Below are positions 54,993 to 63,900 of a stretch of 64,000 nucleotides of DNA, one piece after another. The DNA is from an uncultured virus (IMG/VR IMGVR_UViG_3300007960_003098). Lineage: Duplodnaviria; Heunggongvirae; Uroviricota; Caudoviricetes. The stretch lies in the IMG/VR virus record IMGVR_UViG_3300007960_003098, one strand, 5' to 3'. The notes beneath the pieces are model-generated. The model ran no database searches. It was given only the letters and a program-made list of their open reading frames with translations, and was not told the origin of the DNA. The translations under genes were made by a program, and so were the position numbers. How positions within the stretch are numbered: position 1 is the first letter of the stretch; each line of letters begins with the position of its first letter.

Positions 54993-55314
54993 CTATATAA
55001 TTTTGGTCATGTTTAATAACCTGTTCAATTGTGCATCTTACTTCATGCTTTCTATTTTCAGTGTCGTAAATAATCACAGTTGTGTCAGGTCTTACTCTGG
55101 GTCTAGTGAAAAAGATATTTGGTTCCTTCATTTTACGGATAGACTCCATAGAGCAATTAGTAAAGGGTGCAATGTATGACTGATCATTACTTGCCAAGAT
55201 CAACTTACTAGAAGTAGTGATAGCGAATGCATCGATAGTTTTTGTAGGGATAGATTGATCAGCATATGCAGACAGTGATAGACCCAATGTGATTACAGCA
55301 ATTAAAGTTTTCAT
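54979..55314 (-). CDS. Small secreted protein
   Basis: RBS GGAG; signal peptide MKTLIAVITLGLSLSAYA; two Cys; minus-strand TATAAATA at about 55362-55369. Confidence 0.65.
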   Translation of the reverse strand: MKTLIAVITLGLSLSAYADQSIPTKTIDAFAITTSSKLILASNDQSYIAPFTNCSMESIRKMKEPNIFFTRPRVRPDTTVIIYDTENRKHEVRCTIEQVIKHDQNYIASLY

Positions 55315-55406
55315 GCGGTTCTCCAAATAGTATTGACATAAAACGTATATACGTTTAATATATTTATACATTATTTGATATATATTAACTTTTATAGGAC
55401 AGGACG

Positions 55407-55565
55407 ATGGCCAAGAAAGAAAAGAATGACCAACTGTTGATTAAGATCAACAAGGATACCAAGAAGAAGTTTATCTCCCTATGCGAAGCAGAAGACACTT
55501 CAGCTAGCAGGGAAGTCAGGAAATTTGTGGAAAATTACATCACAGAACGGCAGAAATCTGGGTAA
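55407..55565 (+). CDS. 52-aa ribbon-helix-helix (CopG/Arc-like) DNA-binding protein (not in ORF track)
   Basis: RBS AGGA; MAKKEKNDQLLIKINKDTKKKFISLCEAEDTSASREVRKFVENYITERQKSG (strand LLIKI, helix, turn, helix). Confidence 0.75.
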   Translation: MAKKEKNDQLLIKINKDTKKKFISLCEAEDTSASREVRKFVENYITERQKSG

Positions 55566-55572
55566 AATGACG

Positions 55573-55585
55573 TAAGTTGTTGATT
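55573..55585 (-). promoter_or_regulatory. IHF-binding consensus site
   Basis: Reverse complement AATCAACAACTTA matches WATCAANNNNTTR exactly. Confidence 0.6.
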
Positions 55586-55634
55586 CCTCTAGGCGAAAAA
55601 TTTGAAAAAAGTGGATAAAAATGGATAAAAAGGC

Positions 55635-55663
55635 TTGACATTTACCCAAATATCCAGTAATAT
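55635..55663 (+). promoter_or_regulatory. Early sigma70-type promoter with A-tract UP element
   Basis: TTGACA-N17-TAATAT preceded by phased A-tracts (GAAAAA, GAAAAAA, TGGATAAAAA x2). Confidence 0.75.
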
Positions 55664-55695
55664 ATACATATTGACACTGACACAGAGGTAAAAAT

Positions 55696-56109
55696 ATGTA
55701 CTACATCATTGATAAAACAGATAACGGAATCCACAGAGAGCCTAGAAAATCTTCTTGGCAATCTACCGTTTATAAAACTAAAGGTGCCGCTAAAGCAGGC
55801 ATCACCCGTACTATTAAGTACTATCAAAAGGCTATCGATCAGGTAGCAGAATATGTTGCTCAAGGCAAGCCTGATTATCATGCTCCAATGTACAACGCAT
55901 ATCGTTATGCCACTGAAGCGCATTTTGGTATGGTGCACAAGCAATTTGCATCTAGTTACGAAATCGTCCACGTTGACGAGTACGTAGAGCCCATGATTAC
56001 TAGAACCGGTATTGCACCCGGTACTGGTAAGCAAATCACTATCACATTGCCACTGAGTGAAGTAGGTAGTTGCTGTGACCCATTGACTGAACGTTACTGG
56101 AGCATGTAA
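55696..56109 (+). CDS. Early hypothetical protein
   Basis: YKTKGAAKAGITR; C-terminal CCDPLTERYWSM. Confidence 0.65.
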   Translation: MYYIIDKTDNGIHREPRKSSWQSTVYKTKGAAKAGITRTIKYYQKAIDQVAEYVAQGKPDYHAPMYNAYRYATEAHFGMVHKQFASSYEIVHVDEYVEPMITRTGIAPGTGKQITITLPLSEVGSCCDPLTERYWSM

Positions 56110-56345
56110 TGGAACGTAATACTACTCAGTACAAAGGCAAGTATTATCCAAGCTGGCATGGTAGCCCCTTCGACCGAGGTTCTGCTGACAGCTACTATCA
56201 ACGAGGAGAAGACCCTCACTATTGGCCCGAGGGTACTTACAAAGGCTTGAGAGTCGAAGCTAATGAAATGACTCCTGAAGAAATCGAAGCATATAATGCA
56301 GGGTTTCAATGGAACGAGTCCATGCAAAACTTTAAAGAGTGGTAA
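56109..56345 (+). CDS. Early hypothetical protein
   Basis: HGSPFDRGSADSYY...EIEAYNAGF. Confidence 0.65.
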   Translation: MERNTTQYKGKYYPSWHGSPFDRGSADSYYQRGEDPHYWPEGTYKGLRVEANEMTPEEIEAYNAGFQWNESMQNFKEW

Positions 56346-56352
56346 GATTATT

Positions 56353-57036
56353 ATGAAAACTTCTCGTTACGCCAAGTTTGATTTTTCTGCTAATGATGTC
56401 TGGGCCGCGGCTTGCAAAGCCCAGCGTCTTAATCGTGAATATATCAAAACCGTTCCTTATGAGTCTAAAAAGGAAACCAACAAAGACCTGATGTTGCGTT
56501 TCCTCGAGGATCCAAAGAACCGTTTGACTCTCAAGGATCGTAACGAGGGTGTCAAGATCCAGCAGTACTTCAAGGGCTACATGTTCAAGAAGTTGAGCGG
56601 TGCTTACATGTCTGACTTTGATCAAACTGCATGTGAGGTAGCGGACACTGATGTTGTCACTACTGCATTTCAATTCGGTGTTATCGCATCTTTGCCTAGC
56701 GTGTATGCTAAAGCAATCGTCCGTGACGAGCAGAATCGCAAGATCCGTAGCCTCAAGAACAGTAACTTGCTAGGCAAGATTGGTGACAAAGTAGAGATCG
56801 ACTTTGAAGTAATCAAGTCTATCTACTCTCAAAAGTGGGGAGTATACTACACTACAGGTGTCACCCCCAATTGCGAAGTTGTATACTTTGCTAGCGCCAA
56901 GCTAAATCCAAAGCCCGGTTCACTGTTAAAAATTAAGGGAACTGTTAAGCAACACCGTATCAATGATGTTGAGGGTAATCAGACCCAACTTAACAGAGTT
57001 AAAGTAATTACAAACCTAACCAAGGAGAAAAATTGA
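56353..57036 (+). CDS. Protein with C-terminal OB-fold-like domain
   Basis: GKIGDKV...IKGTVKQH...QTQLNRVK. Confidence 0.55.
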   Translation: MKTSRYAKFDFSANDVWAAACKAQRLNREYIKTVPYESKKETNKDLMLRFLEDPKNRLTLKDRNEGVKIQQYFKGYMFKKLSGAYMSDFDQTACEVADTDVVTTAFQFGVIASLPSVYAKAIVRDEQNRKIRSLKNSNLLGKIGDKVEIDFEVIKSIYSQKWGVYYTTGVTPNCEVVYFASAKLNPKPGSLLKIKGTVKQHRINDVEGNQTQLNRVKVITNLTKEKN

Positions 57037-57197
57037 AAAACTTAATAATTGGTTTTATTTTGGGCTACCTTACATTCGCATTTGTTCAGGGTGGTGTTGA
57101 TAGTGTAGCATACCATATAGGGTGGGCGTTTGCTGAGATTCAACGATTGTTTGAATCATTAGTACTTTGGATACAAAACTACACACCCCAAAGTTAA
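57033..57197 (+). CDS. 54-aa membrane peptide (not in ORF track)
   Basis: RBS AAGGAG, TTG start; MKNLIIGFILGYLTFAFV... Confidence 0.6.
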   Translation: MKNLIIGFILGYLTFAFVQGGVDSVAYHIGWAFAEIQRLFESLVLWIQNYTPQS

Positions 57198-57200
57198 TCT

Positions 57201-57234
57201 GAGGCTTGACTTTAGCCTCGTTTTTGTTTATAAT
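57201..57234 (+). promoter_or_regulatory. Terminator hairpin overlapping sigma70 promoter
   Basis: GAGGCT-tgacttt-AGCCTC-g-TTTTT; TTGACT(57206)-N17-TATAAT(57229). Confidence 0.7.
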
Positions 57235-57257
57235 AATGTTTTACATTAGGAGTTCTT

Positions 57258-58607
57258 ATGTCTGCAAGCTGGATCAAATCGTTACAAGAAAGTGACTCTA
57301 GGCTTCACAAAGAAGAAGTGCTACGCAAAGCACTTGCCGCTAGCAAGCTGGGCAGTGAAAACGCAGACACGTTCTTGACCCTAGCAGGCATGTGTTACAA
57401 TCCTTATGTCACGTTTGGCGTACGCAAAGTATCTAATATCGAAACTTCTACTTCTCAAGAAAATCCTTGGGAAGACTTCAAAGAACTGCTAGACACATTA
57501 GATCACAGGCTAGTGACTGGCAACGCCGCACTTGATGCGGTTGCTGAAATGTCTGCTAGATTCTCAGTAGACGAGTGGAACAACTTCTGTGCCCCTGTCA
57601 TTCGCAGAGACTTACGAGCAGGTGTTTCTGTCACAACTCTCAACAAGATTCTAAAAGGAACCGATTACGTTATCCCAGTGTTTGGTTGTCAACTGGCAAC
57701 TAACTCTGAGGGCAGACCTGAAATGTCAGGTGTAAAACGTATCGAACCCAAACTTGATGGTGTGCGTGTTATCATGGAAGTAGTCAAAAAGATGTCTGGC
57801 TACGCTATCACTTGCTACTCACGTAACGGCAAAGAGTTTGAGAACTTTGGTCACATCACTGGTCAGATTAGTGAATACGCAGGTAAGATGATCTCACTCA
57901 TGGGTCCTTCTATCGGCAACATGGGTAATGGATTTGTCCTAGATGGTGAAGTGATCGGTAACACATTCCAAGAACTGATGCGTCAAGCACGTAGAAAAGA
58001 AAACGTACAGGCTACAGATTCAGTATTCAATATTTTTGATATCATGCCCCTCAGTGATTTCCGTGAGGGTCATTGCAATGCACAATTGCGTAAGCGTATC
58101 GCAGTATTAGAGAACATAAGACCTCTAATCGACATGATGCCCAATGTAGAACTTTTACCCCATGTTAATATCGACTTAGATACTGAAGAGGGTAAGAGCG
58201 AACTTCAACGTTATGCCAATGCTCAAGTAGAAGCTGGCTTTGAAGGGATCATGATCAAAGAATTAGAGGCACCCTATGAGTGTAAGCGTAACACTTTCTG
58301 GATGAAGTGGAAGCCTACAGCGACATTTGATCTGAAGGTCATAGCACTAGAAGAAGGTACTGGACGCAACAAGGGACGGTTGGGCGCACTTGTATGCCAA
58401 GGTGTAGATGACGGTAAAAACATCACTGTCAATGTCGGCAGCGGATTCAGCGATAATGATAGGGACACATTATGGGCTGATCATGTAGAACTTGATTGCG
58501 TAGTGGGTAAGACTGCCGAAGTGTTGTGTGATGCTGTCACACAGAACCAAGATGGAACATACAGCCTCAGATTTCCTAGGTTCGTTCGTTTCCGTGATGA
58601 TAAGTAA
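57258..58607 (+). CDS. ATP-dependent DNA ligase
   Basis: EPKLDGVR, YSRNGK, LDGEV, EGIMIK, YECKR..WMKWK, VGSGFS, SLRFPRF. Confidence 0.95.
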   Translation: MSASWIKSLQESDSRLHKEEVLRKALAASKLGSENADTFLTLAGMCYNPYVTFGVRKVSNIETSTSQENPWEDFKELLDTLDHRLVTGNAALDAVAEMSARFSVDEWNNFCAPVIRRDLRAGVSVTTLNKILKGTDYVIPVFGCQLATNSEGRPEMSGVKRIEPKLDGVRVIMEVVKKMSGYAITCYSRNGKEFENFGHITGQISEYAGKMISLMGPSIGNMGNGFVLDGEVIGNTFQELMRQARRKENVQATDSVFNIFDIMPLSDFREGHCNAQLRKRIAVLENIRPLIDMMPNVELLPHVNIDLDTEEGKSELQRYANAQVEAGFEGIMIKELEAPYECKRNTFWMKWKPTATFDLKVIALEEGTGRNKGRLGALVCQGVDDGKNITVNVGSGFSDNDRDTLWADHVELDCVVGKTAEVLCDAVTQNQDGTYSLRFPRFVRFRDDK

Positions 58608-58648
58608 TACTATGAGAGTAGATAGAATACAAGAAGCGGACAGACATA

Positions 58649-59461
58649 ATGACTGGTTATAGTTTATCGTTTATTGCAGGATCATCAGGAAGGTTTTTAT
58701 CAAATATAACTTATTCACTTTTAAACAACTTGAAAGAAGATATTGATTATTGCGAAGTAAATTCTGCTCATAATACAAACCTATTCAAATCCAACATAGA
58801 CCTTTCAACTATTCCAGACATAAATTTTAGAGCGAAAATTCATCATCTAAGGCTTTTTAGGTACCTTCATTTTTTGCCCACTGAGTATGTTCCTGTATTA
58901 CCTACTCATTCTTACCCCATCAGCCAAGATTTAGATTTAAACCCATACTCAAATACCTTTAAGATGATAGTAATAGGTATTAAAGAAGATGACCTTATTG
59001 AAATAAACACGAACTATGTTCTTAAAAATCTTCATCGCATCATTAATCGTTATATAAGAAATGGGTGTCAAGATTCTATCGAAGACATATATTTGCAGGA
59101 AACGCTCAAATTACTAGCAGAATTTAAAATAAATTTTTTAAGTTTGCATAAAAAAGAAGTTATTGAAAAATTTGCAAGGCTACATAGTATCAAACAACTT
59201 AAATCAAGTTATATTGGATTTATTGAACCGAAAATTAATCCAAAATACGTTGACAAAACACTAGTGATATATTACAATGAACTGTTTGAAAAAACAAATA
59301 CAGGGTATAAAGGTCTAGACATGTTGTGTGAATGGTTGAATGTATCACCTTCAAACGAAGTTATAAACAATTACACAAGATATGTTTCGGGACGAGAATC
59401 TTTATTACAAAAATTTGAATTTTTAACTAAAAGGAGAAAATTATGCATGACGGTTTGTTGA
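58649..59461 (+). CDS. Hypothetical protein, degenerate sulfotransferase-like
   Basis: SFIAGSSGRFL, NSAH, PTH, IYYNELF; very AT-rich. Confidence 0.45.
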   Translation: MTGYSLSFIAGSSGRFLSNITYSLLNNLKEDIDYCEVNSAHNTNLFKSNIDLSTIPDINFRAKIHHLRLFRYLHFLPTEYVPVLPTHSYPISQDLDLNPYSNTFKMIVIGIKEDDLIEINTNYVLKNLHRIINRYIRNGCQDSIEDIYLQETLKLLAEFKINFLSLHKKEVIEKFARLHSIKQLKSSYIGFIEPKINPKYVDKTLVIYYNELFEKTNTGYKGLDMLCEWLNVSPSNEVINNYTRYVSGRESLLQKFEFLTKRRKLCMTVC

Positions 59462-59592
59462 TAAATCTTTTTCAAATAAACGAACAACCAGAAACAGATC
59501 CAAACGAAGATATTGACACTGAGAACGGACAGTGTTGCTGTGGTGAATACGATTGTAAAGATTCGTATGTTCACTGGACATCAGGGTATTGA
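59443..59592 (+). CDS. 49-aa peptide with Cys/His cluster (not in ORF track)
   Basis: RBS AAGGAG; ...GQCCCGEYDCKDSYVHWTSGY. Confidence 0.6.
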   Translation: MHDGLLINLFQINEQPETDPNEDIDTENGQCCCGEYDCKDSYVHWTSGY

Positions 59593-59594
59593 CC

Positions 59595-59867
59595 ATGGCT
59601 AGGATCATTCGTAGCGAATGGCATCAGCTAGAACGTAGATACTCTGTTGAAGTAGATAGGCGCTTGCTAAAGCAAGTGTATCCTATGTATAACGAAAATC
59701 AAATAAATGAAATGTATGTTTCTATCATGTCTGGTAACACAGATGTAAAAGAAATCATGGATGATGCTGAAGGATTAGATATAGTCTGGGCATATGATGG
59801 TGATGATCTTTGGACTGATAGGAAGGGTGGTTATGATACCACATATGAACTAAGTGTAGAAGACTAA
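59595..59867 (+). CDS. Hypothetical protein
   Basis: WTDRKGGYD motif; ORF packing. Confidence 0.6.
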   Translation: MARIIRSEWHQLERRYSVEVDRRLLKQVYPMYNENQINEMYVSIMSGNTDVKEIMDDAEGLDIVWAYDGDDLWTDRKGGYDTTYELSVED

Positions 59868-60121
59868 TGGATATTAATTATAATTGGCCCGAAGATTGGC
59901 AAAAAGTGGTACCTGAAAATTTGTTAGGTGCCAAGCATACCTTTTCTGACAATGACTCTATAGAGATCGTAGCAGTAAAACTAAGAGACTTTGATGGTGG
60001 TATCTCACCTTTTATCTCTTATCAGGTACAGCAAGGACCCGGCATTCCAAGGAAACTTGTGATGGAGTTTAACGAGTTTATTAGAACATACGGACATTTG
60101 TTTCCAGATGTTTTCAAATAG
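59867..60121 (+). CDS. Hypothetical protein
   Basis: TAATG overlap; GPGIPRKLVM. Confidence 0.6.
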   Translation: MDINYNWPEDWQKVVPENLLGAKHTFSDNDSIEIVAVKLRDFDGGISPFISYQVQQGPGIPRKLVMEFNEFIRTYGHLFPDVFK

Positions 60122-60182
60122 CAGACTTTAATGGCTCAGGGGAACTAAATACATGTATGAATAAAAGGAAACTTATACCCCT

Positions 60183-62117
60183 ATGTTTTTAGCATATCTC
60201 ACATTGATTACTGCACTGACTATCAGTGCCGTAGCCATTTATTATTCGGTATCAGGTCTTGCGGCAATCTTTGCCGCGGCGGTGATTCCTATCATCATTA
60301 TGGGCGGTGTCTTAGAGACAGCAAAGCTAGTAACAGCGGTCTGGTTACACAGATACTGGACTGAAGCCAAATGGTGGTTAAAGACGTATCTTAGCATTGC
60401 AGTTGCGGTATTGATGTTTATCACATCTATGGGTATTTTTGGATTCTTATCTAAGGCCCACATCGAACAAACAAGTTTAAGCACAGAACAAACTGCACAG
60501 ATCGAAGCACTAGACGAAAACTTGGCACGTAGCCAATCTAGAGTAGATAGATGGAATGAAGAATTAACACGACTACTAAGCGGCGGTGCTGGTTTCCGTG
60601 TAGACGGCTTGCTACAAAGCAACCAAACTGAATTAAATAATCTGTACGACAGAATTGATACAGAAAAGAATAGAGAGCGTGAACTAGCGCAGACGCAGAT
60701 AGAACAACAGAACCAGCGTGTAGCACAAGCAATTGAACGCAGAGATTCTGCCCTAGCAACATTAGGATCCAGACCTACTATAGGTGGTAACAGTTGGGAC
60801 ACTAGAGAAAAATCTATTAGAGATGCCGAAGTAAGTGTGTCTGCGGCTGCACAACGTGAGATTAGAAGTATCAACAGCAATCTTAATACTAAGTTGGCTG
60901 AGATTGACCGTAGATATCAACCACAGATCGAACAGTTGACACAACGAATCGACGGGTTACGTAACGACACTACTGAGAAGACAGACGATGTAGACGCACG
61001 TATTAATGAACTAGAAGGTTTCGTTGAAGAAGAACAAACTAAGATGTCTACTGTACGTGAAGAAAAAGCAGTGTTAGAATCACAGTACAGAATGTTAGAG
61101 GCAGAAGTAGGACCCATTAAATACATCGCTGAGTTTATTTATGGCGAAGAAGCAGACAACAATCTTTTAGAAGAAGCAGTACGTTGGGTCATCATTGTAA
61201 TTATCTTTGTATTTGATCCTCTTGCTGTATTGTTATTGATTGCATCGCAGTACACATTTGAATTCCACAGAAAAGAATTTGGTATATTTGGATACAAAAA
61301 AGATCCTGAGCCAGAACCCGAGGACGACCCCGAATCAAAAAAGATTGAGCCAGAACCTGATACCTCTGAGGACGATTGGCCTACACCAGATACAGGTGCA
61401 TTTGGTCCGCCCACTAGCCCTGAAAAACCATTTGAAGGGCCTTTAAGATCAGGAGAAGCACCATATAATTACAATTTAAGAGAAGCAATAGAATCTATTC
61501 CAAACAACGATCCCGATGTTGATTGGGGATTTCTAAAACCTTCAATTGAAGAAGCACGCCAAGCAATCAAGAATTGGGAAGAAAGCAAAAAATTGCTCGG
61601 TGTCAAAGAGGAAGTCTCGGATGAAAATATTCCGGTGAGTGAGTCGGAGCCCGAGCCTGAGCCAGAAGTTGATATACAAGAATTTTTAGATAAAGGATTG
61701 GTACCTACAGACGGTAAAACATATCAACGAGTTTTAGGTTCTGACTACATTATCGACTTAGAAGGCAAGTCAATTCATCAAGATGCGCTAAAACAACAGC
61801 ACCCTGATCTATTCTTAAAGGCTGATGACGGTAAATCTGTTAATACCAGCTTTGGAACCGACTTCCCATTTATAGCAACAAAGGGTGATATCTTTGTAAG
61901 AGTAGACCAGATGCCAAATCGTGTCTACAAATTCATGGGTCACAAATGGATCGAAGTAGAGAAAGAAAAATCTGACTCTTATCTATTTGACGAAGAATAC
62001 ATCAAGCACTTGATCGCTAGGATCGAAACAGGCGAGTACGATATTGATCTGCTGTCCGACAAAGAGAAGGCTCAGATCGAAGACTATCTACAAGCTAATC
62101 AACCCTCAAACGGGTAA
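60183..62117 (+). CDS. Membrane protein with long coiled coil and acidic Pro-rich C-terminal region
   Basis: Three N-terminal TMs (TSMGIFGFLSKAH), coiled coil, EAEVGPIKYIAE, TM ending FDPLAVLLLIA. Confidence 0.7.
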   Translation: MFLAYLTLITALTISAVAIYYSVSGLAAIFAAAVIPIIIMGGVLETAKLVTAVWLHRYWTEAKWWLKTYLSIAVAVLMFITSMGIFGFLSKAHIEQTSLSTEQTAQIEALDENLARSQSRVDRWNEELTRLLSGGAGFRVDGLLQSNQTELNNLYDRIDTEKNRERELAQTQIEQQNQRVAQAIERRDSALATLGSRPTIGGNSWDTREKSIRDAEVSVSAAAQREIRSINSNLNTKLAEIDRRYQPQIEQLTQRIDGLRNDTTEKTDDVDARINELEGFVEEEQTKMSTVREEKAVLESQYRMLEAEVGPIKYIAEFIYGEEADNNLLEEAVRWVIIVIIFVFDPLAVLLLIASQYTFEFHRKEFGIFGYKKDPEPEPEDDPESKKIEPEPDTSEDDWPTPDTGAFGPPTSPEKPFEGPLRSGEAPYNYNLREAIESIPNNDPDVDWGFLKPSIEEARQAIKNWEESKKLLGVKEEVSDENIPVSESEPEPEPEVDIQEFLDKGLVPTDGKTYQRVLGSDYIIDLEGKSIHQDALKQQHPDLFLKADDGKSVNTSFGTDFPFIATKGDIFVRVDQMPNRVYKFMGHKWIEVEKEKSDSYLFDEEYIKHLIARIETGEYDIDLLSDKEKAQIEDYLQANQPSNG

Positions 62118-62203
62118 GATGTTACCCAATTTACTTGATTTATCTTTCTGACTATAATACAATTTGTATTGTAAGTTAAATTATATCCAAGTTAGGAGGA
62201 TAA

Positions 62204-62929
62204 ATGAAAGTTAATCAGTTGACGGCAGTTGCCCTAGTTGTAGCATCAGTTACGATGACCGGTTGCACTATGTTTGGTAAGAAAGCAGAAGAGGTAAACG
62301 TACCCAAAACTGAAGCGATTACTAGACAAAAACTCAGTACGTTTTTTGAAGACGACGGTATCAAAGTCAATTGGGAGTGTATCGACCGCAATAATTGGAC
62401 TCTTGGTATAACGTGTGCTGAGTCACAAATTGAATCTATTGAGGCTACTGTAACTGTACCGGCAAACGGCGGAACCAATTTCAATGGGTTCAGTTCATTC
62501 CAAGTAGGTCAACTAGAATCGCAAGGCATGATTTCTAGATTTATTAATGAAGAAATTACTACTGAACGGGTAGTCGATCTTATGGTAAAAAATGTTGAGA
62601 AGGCTGATGATACGTATCGCAATCCTATTGCAGGTACAGGTGTTGCTACACCGGGTCTTAGACTCCCCTCAGTCGTAGCACTGTCTAGCGGAGGTGAACC
62701 CGCTATGAATGACACTAGCACACCCAACATGAACTTTGCTGTCCGCTCTAATGTAAATGATACTGTGCGTAATTTGCAAACACAAGTGCGAGGATCATCG
62801 CAATCTATTCAACGAGGAATCGTTTTTCAAGTAGATAAAAAAGATGATCAGTTGCTACAGGTGACTGCCATTTGGCGCAGAGACAGAGCAGAAAATATTC
62901 AAAAGAAAATTTCCCCGTACTTTCAGTAA
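62204..62929 (+). CDS. Lipoprotein
   Basis: Lipobox TMTGC; RBS AGGAGG; promoter TTGATT-N17-TACAAT (62135-62163). Confidence 0.7.
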   Translation: MKVNQLTAVALVVASVTMTGCTMFGKKAEEVNVPKTEAITRQKLSTFFEDDGIKVNWECIDRNNWTLGITCAESQIESIEATVTVPANGGTNFNGFSSFQVGQLESQGMISRFINEEITTERVVDLMVKNVEKADDTYRNPIAGTGVATPGLRLPSVVALSSGGEPAMNDTSTPNMNFAVRSNVNDTVRNLQTQVRGSSQSIQRGIVFQVDKKDDQLLQVTAIWRRDRAENIQKKISPYFQ

Positions 62930-63883
62930 GTGAAAGTTATGCGAATTATTCTAGGAATAATTTTCGCACTCATAGCCTCTCCAGTAAATGCAATCGTTGT
63001 TATTGGAGAGGCTAAATCCTATGAGTTAGCAAAACAACAAGCCTTTAAACAAGCAATAGATTACGAAGTAGGAGTAATAGTTGACACCGAAAGGTTTGCG
63101 GTAGACAGCGAATTAGTACACAATCAAATACTCACGTATAGTGCTGGATACATTCTAGATTACAAAGTCATCAGTCACAGTGAAAGCAACAACACACACA
63201 CCGTAAAAATGGATGTGACTGTTGCTAGTTCTAAATTAAAAAACTTTCTACTGTCTCATGCACAATATACCGGAAAGTTTAATGGTGAGAACATCAGGGC
63301 TCAGATAGATTATTACCAAAAGGGCCTAGTCGATGGGGACAAACTTGTTGCTAATACATTAAAGTATTTCCCCAGCCAAGCTATAAACATCATTATGACC
63401 GAGTATGCAGTCACGTTAGATGAGCGCCGGAACTTTTATTTAGAGATTCCATATCAGATATCATGGGACCAAGAGTATCTGTCGGCTTTAGTAGAATTGC
63501 TGTCTGCATTTTCTTCCGATCAACCCAGTAGAAATTATGTAGATATCGATAAACAACGTTTGTATTTTTACGATACTATGTTTATGAATCAACTTCATAA
63601 CAGAATGACCAGACTTGATTTTGTCGAAATAACACTGACTAATATGCGAGGTGAAACCTTACTAAATAGTTGTGTTCGGAATATTCTGTATGATCCTATG
63701 AGAGGATGGAACGGTAATTTGGCATTATATAGCAAAACAGATAACAGCTTTAGGATCCATAACAGAAAAGTTATTAACAACTATGTTGTAGTTCCCATAT
63801 CCAGCGAAATCTATAATGCTTTAGAAAGCGCCAATCAGATTGAACTACAGGTGACATCTAATAAAGATTGTCCGAAAAAATAA
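62930..63883 (+). CDS. Secreted protein with LPP20/FlgT-N-like N-terminal domain
   Basis: Signal peptide; GEAKSYELAKQQAFKQAI...ILTYSAGYI. Confidence 0.55.
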   Translation: MKVMRIILGIIFALIASPVNAIVVIGEAKSYELAKQQAFKQAIDYEVGVIVDTERFAVDSELVHNQILTYSAGYILDYKVISHSESNNTHTVKMDVTVASSKLKNFLLSHAQYTGKFNGENIRAQIDYYQKGLVDGDKLVANTLKYFPSQAINIIMTEYAVTLDERRNFYLEIPYQISWDQEYLSALVELLSAFSSDQPSRNYVDIDKQRLYFYDTMFMNQLHNRMTRLDFVEITLTNMRGETLLNSCVRNILYDPMRGWNGNLALYSKTDNSFRIHNRKVINNYVVVPISSEIYNALESANQIELQVTSNKDCPKK

Positions 63884-63900
63884 CAAGATAAGTATTATAG

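Noticed and set aside
58611..58661. Short ORFs starting 5 nt after TAAGTA (about 58612) and TAAATA (about 60157)
   Set aside because: Only 11-16 codons with no other support; cannot be told from chance
59443..59592. Suspected frameshift in the small Cys-rich ORF
   Set aside because: Recounting the T-run at 59468-59472 shows the frame is continuous
60242..60880. 212-aa minus-strand ORF and other antisense ORFs in the track (e.g. 49142-49675, 10966-11409)
   Set aside because: Lie wholly or largely antisense to well-supported + strand genes, with no RBS or motifs
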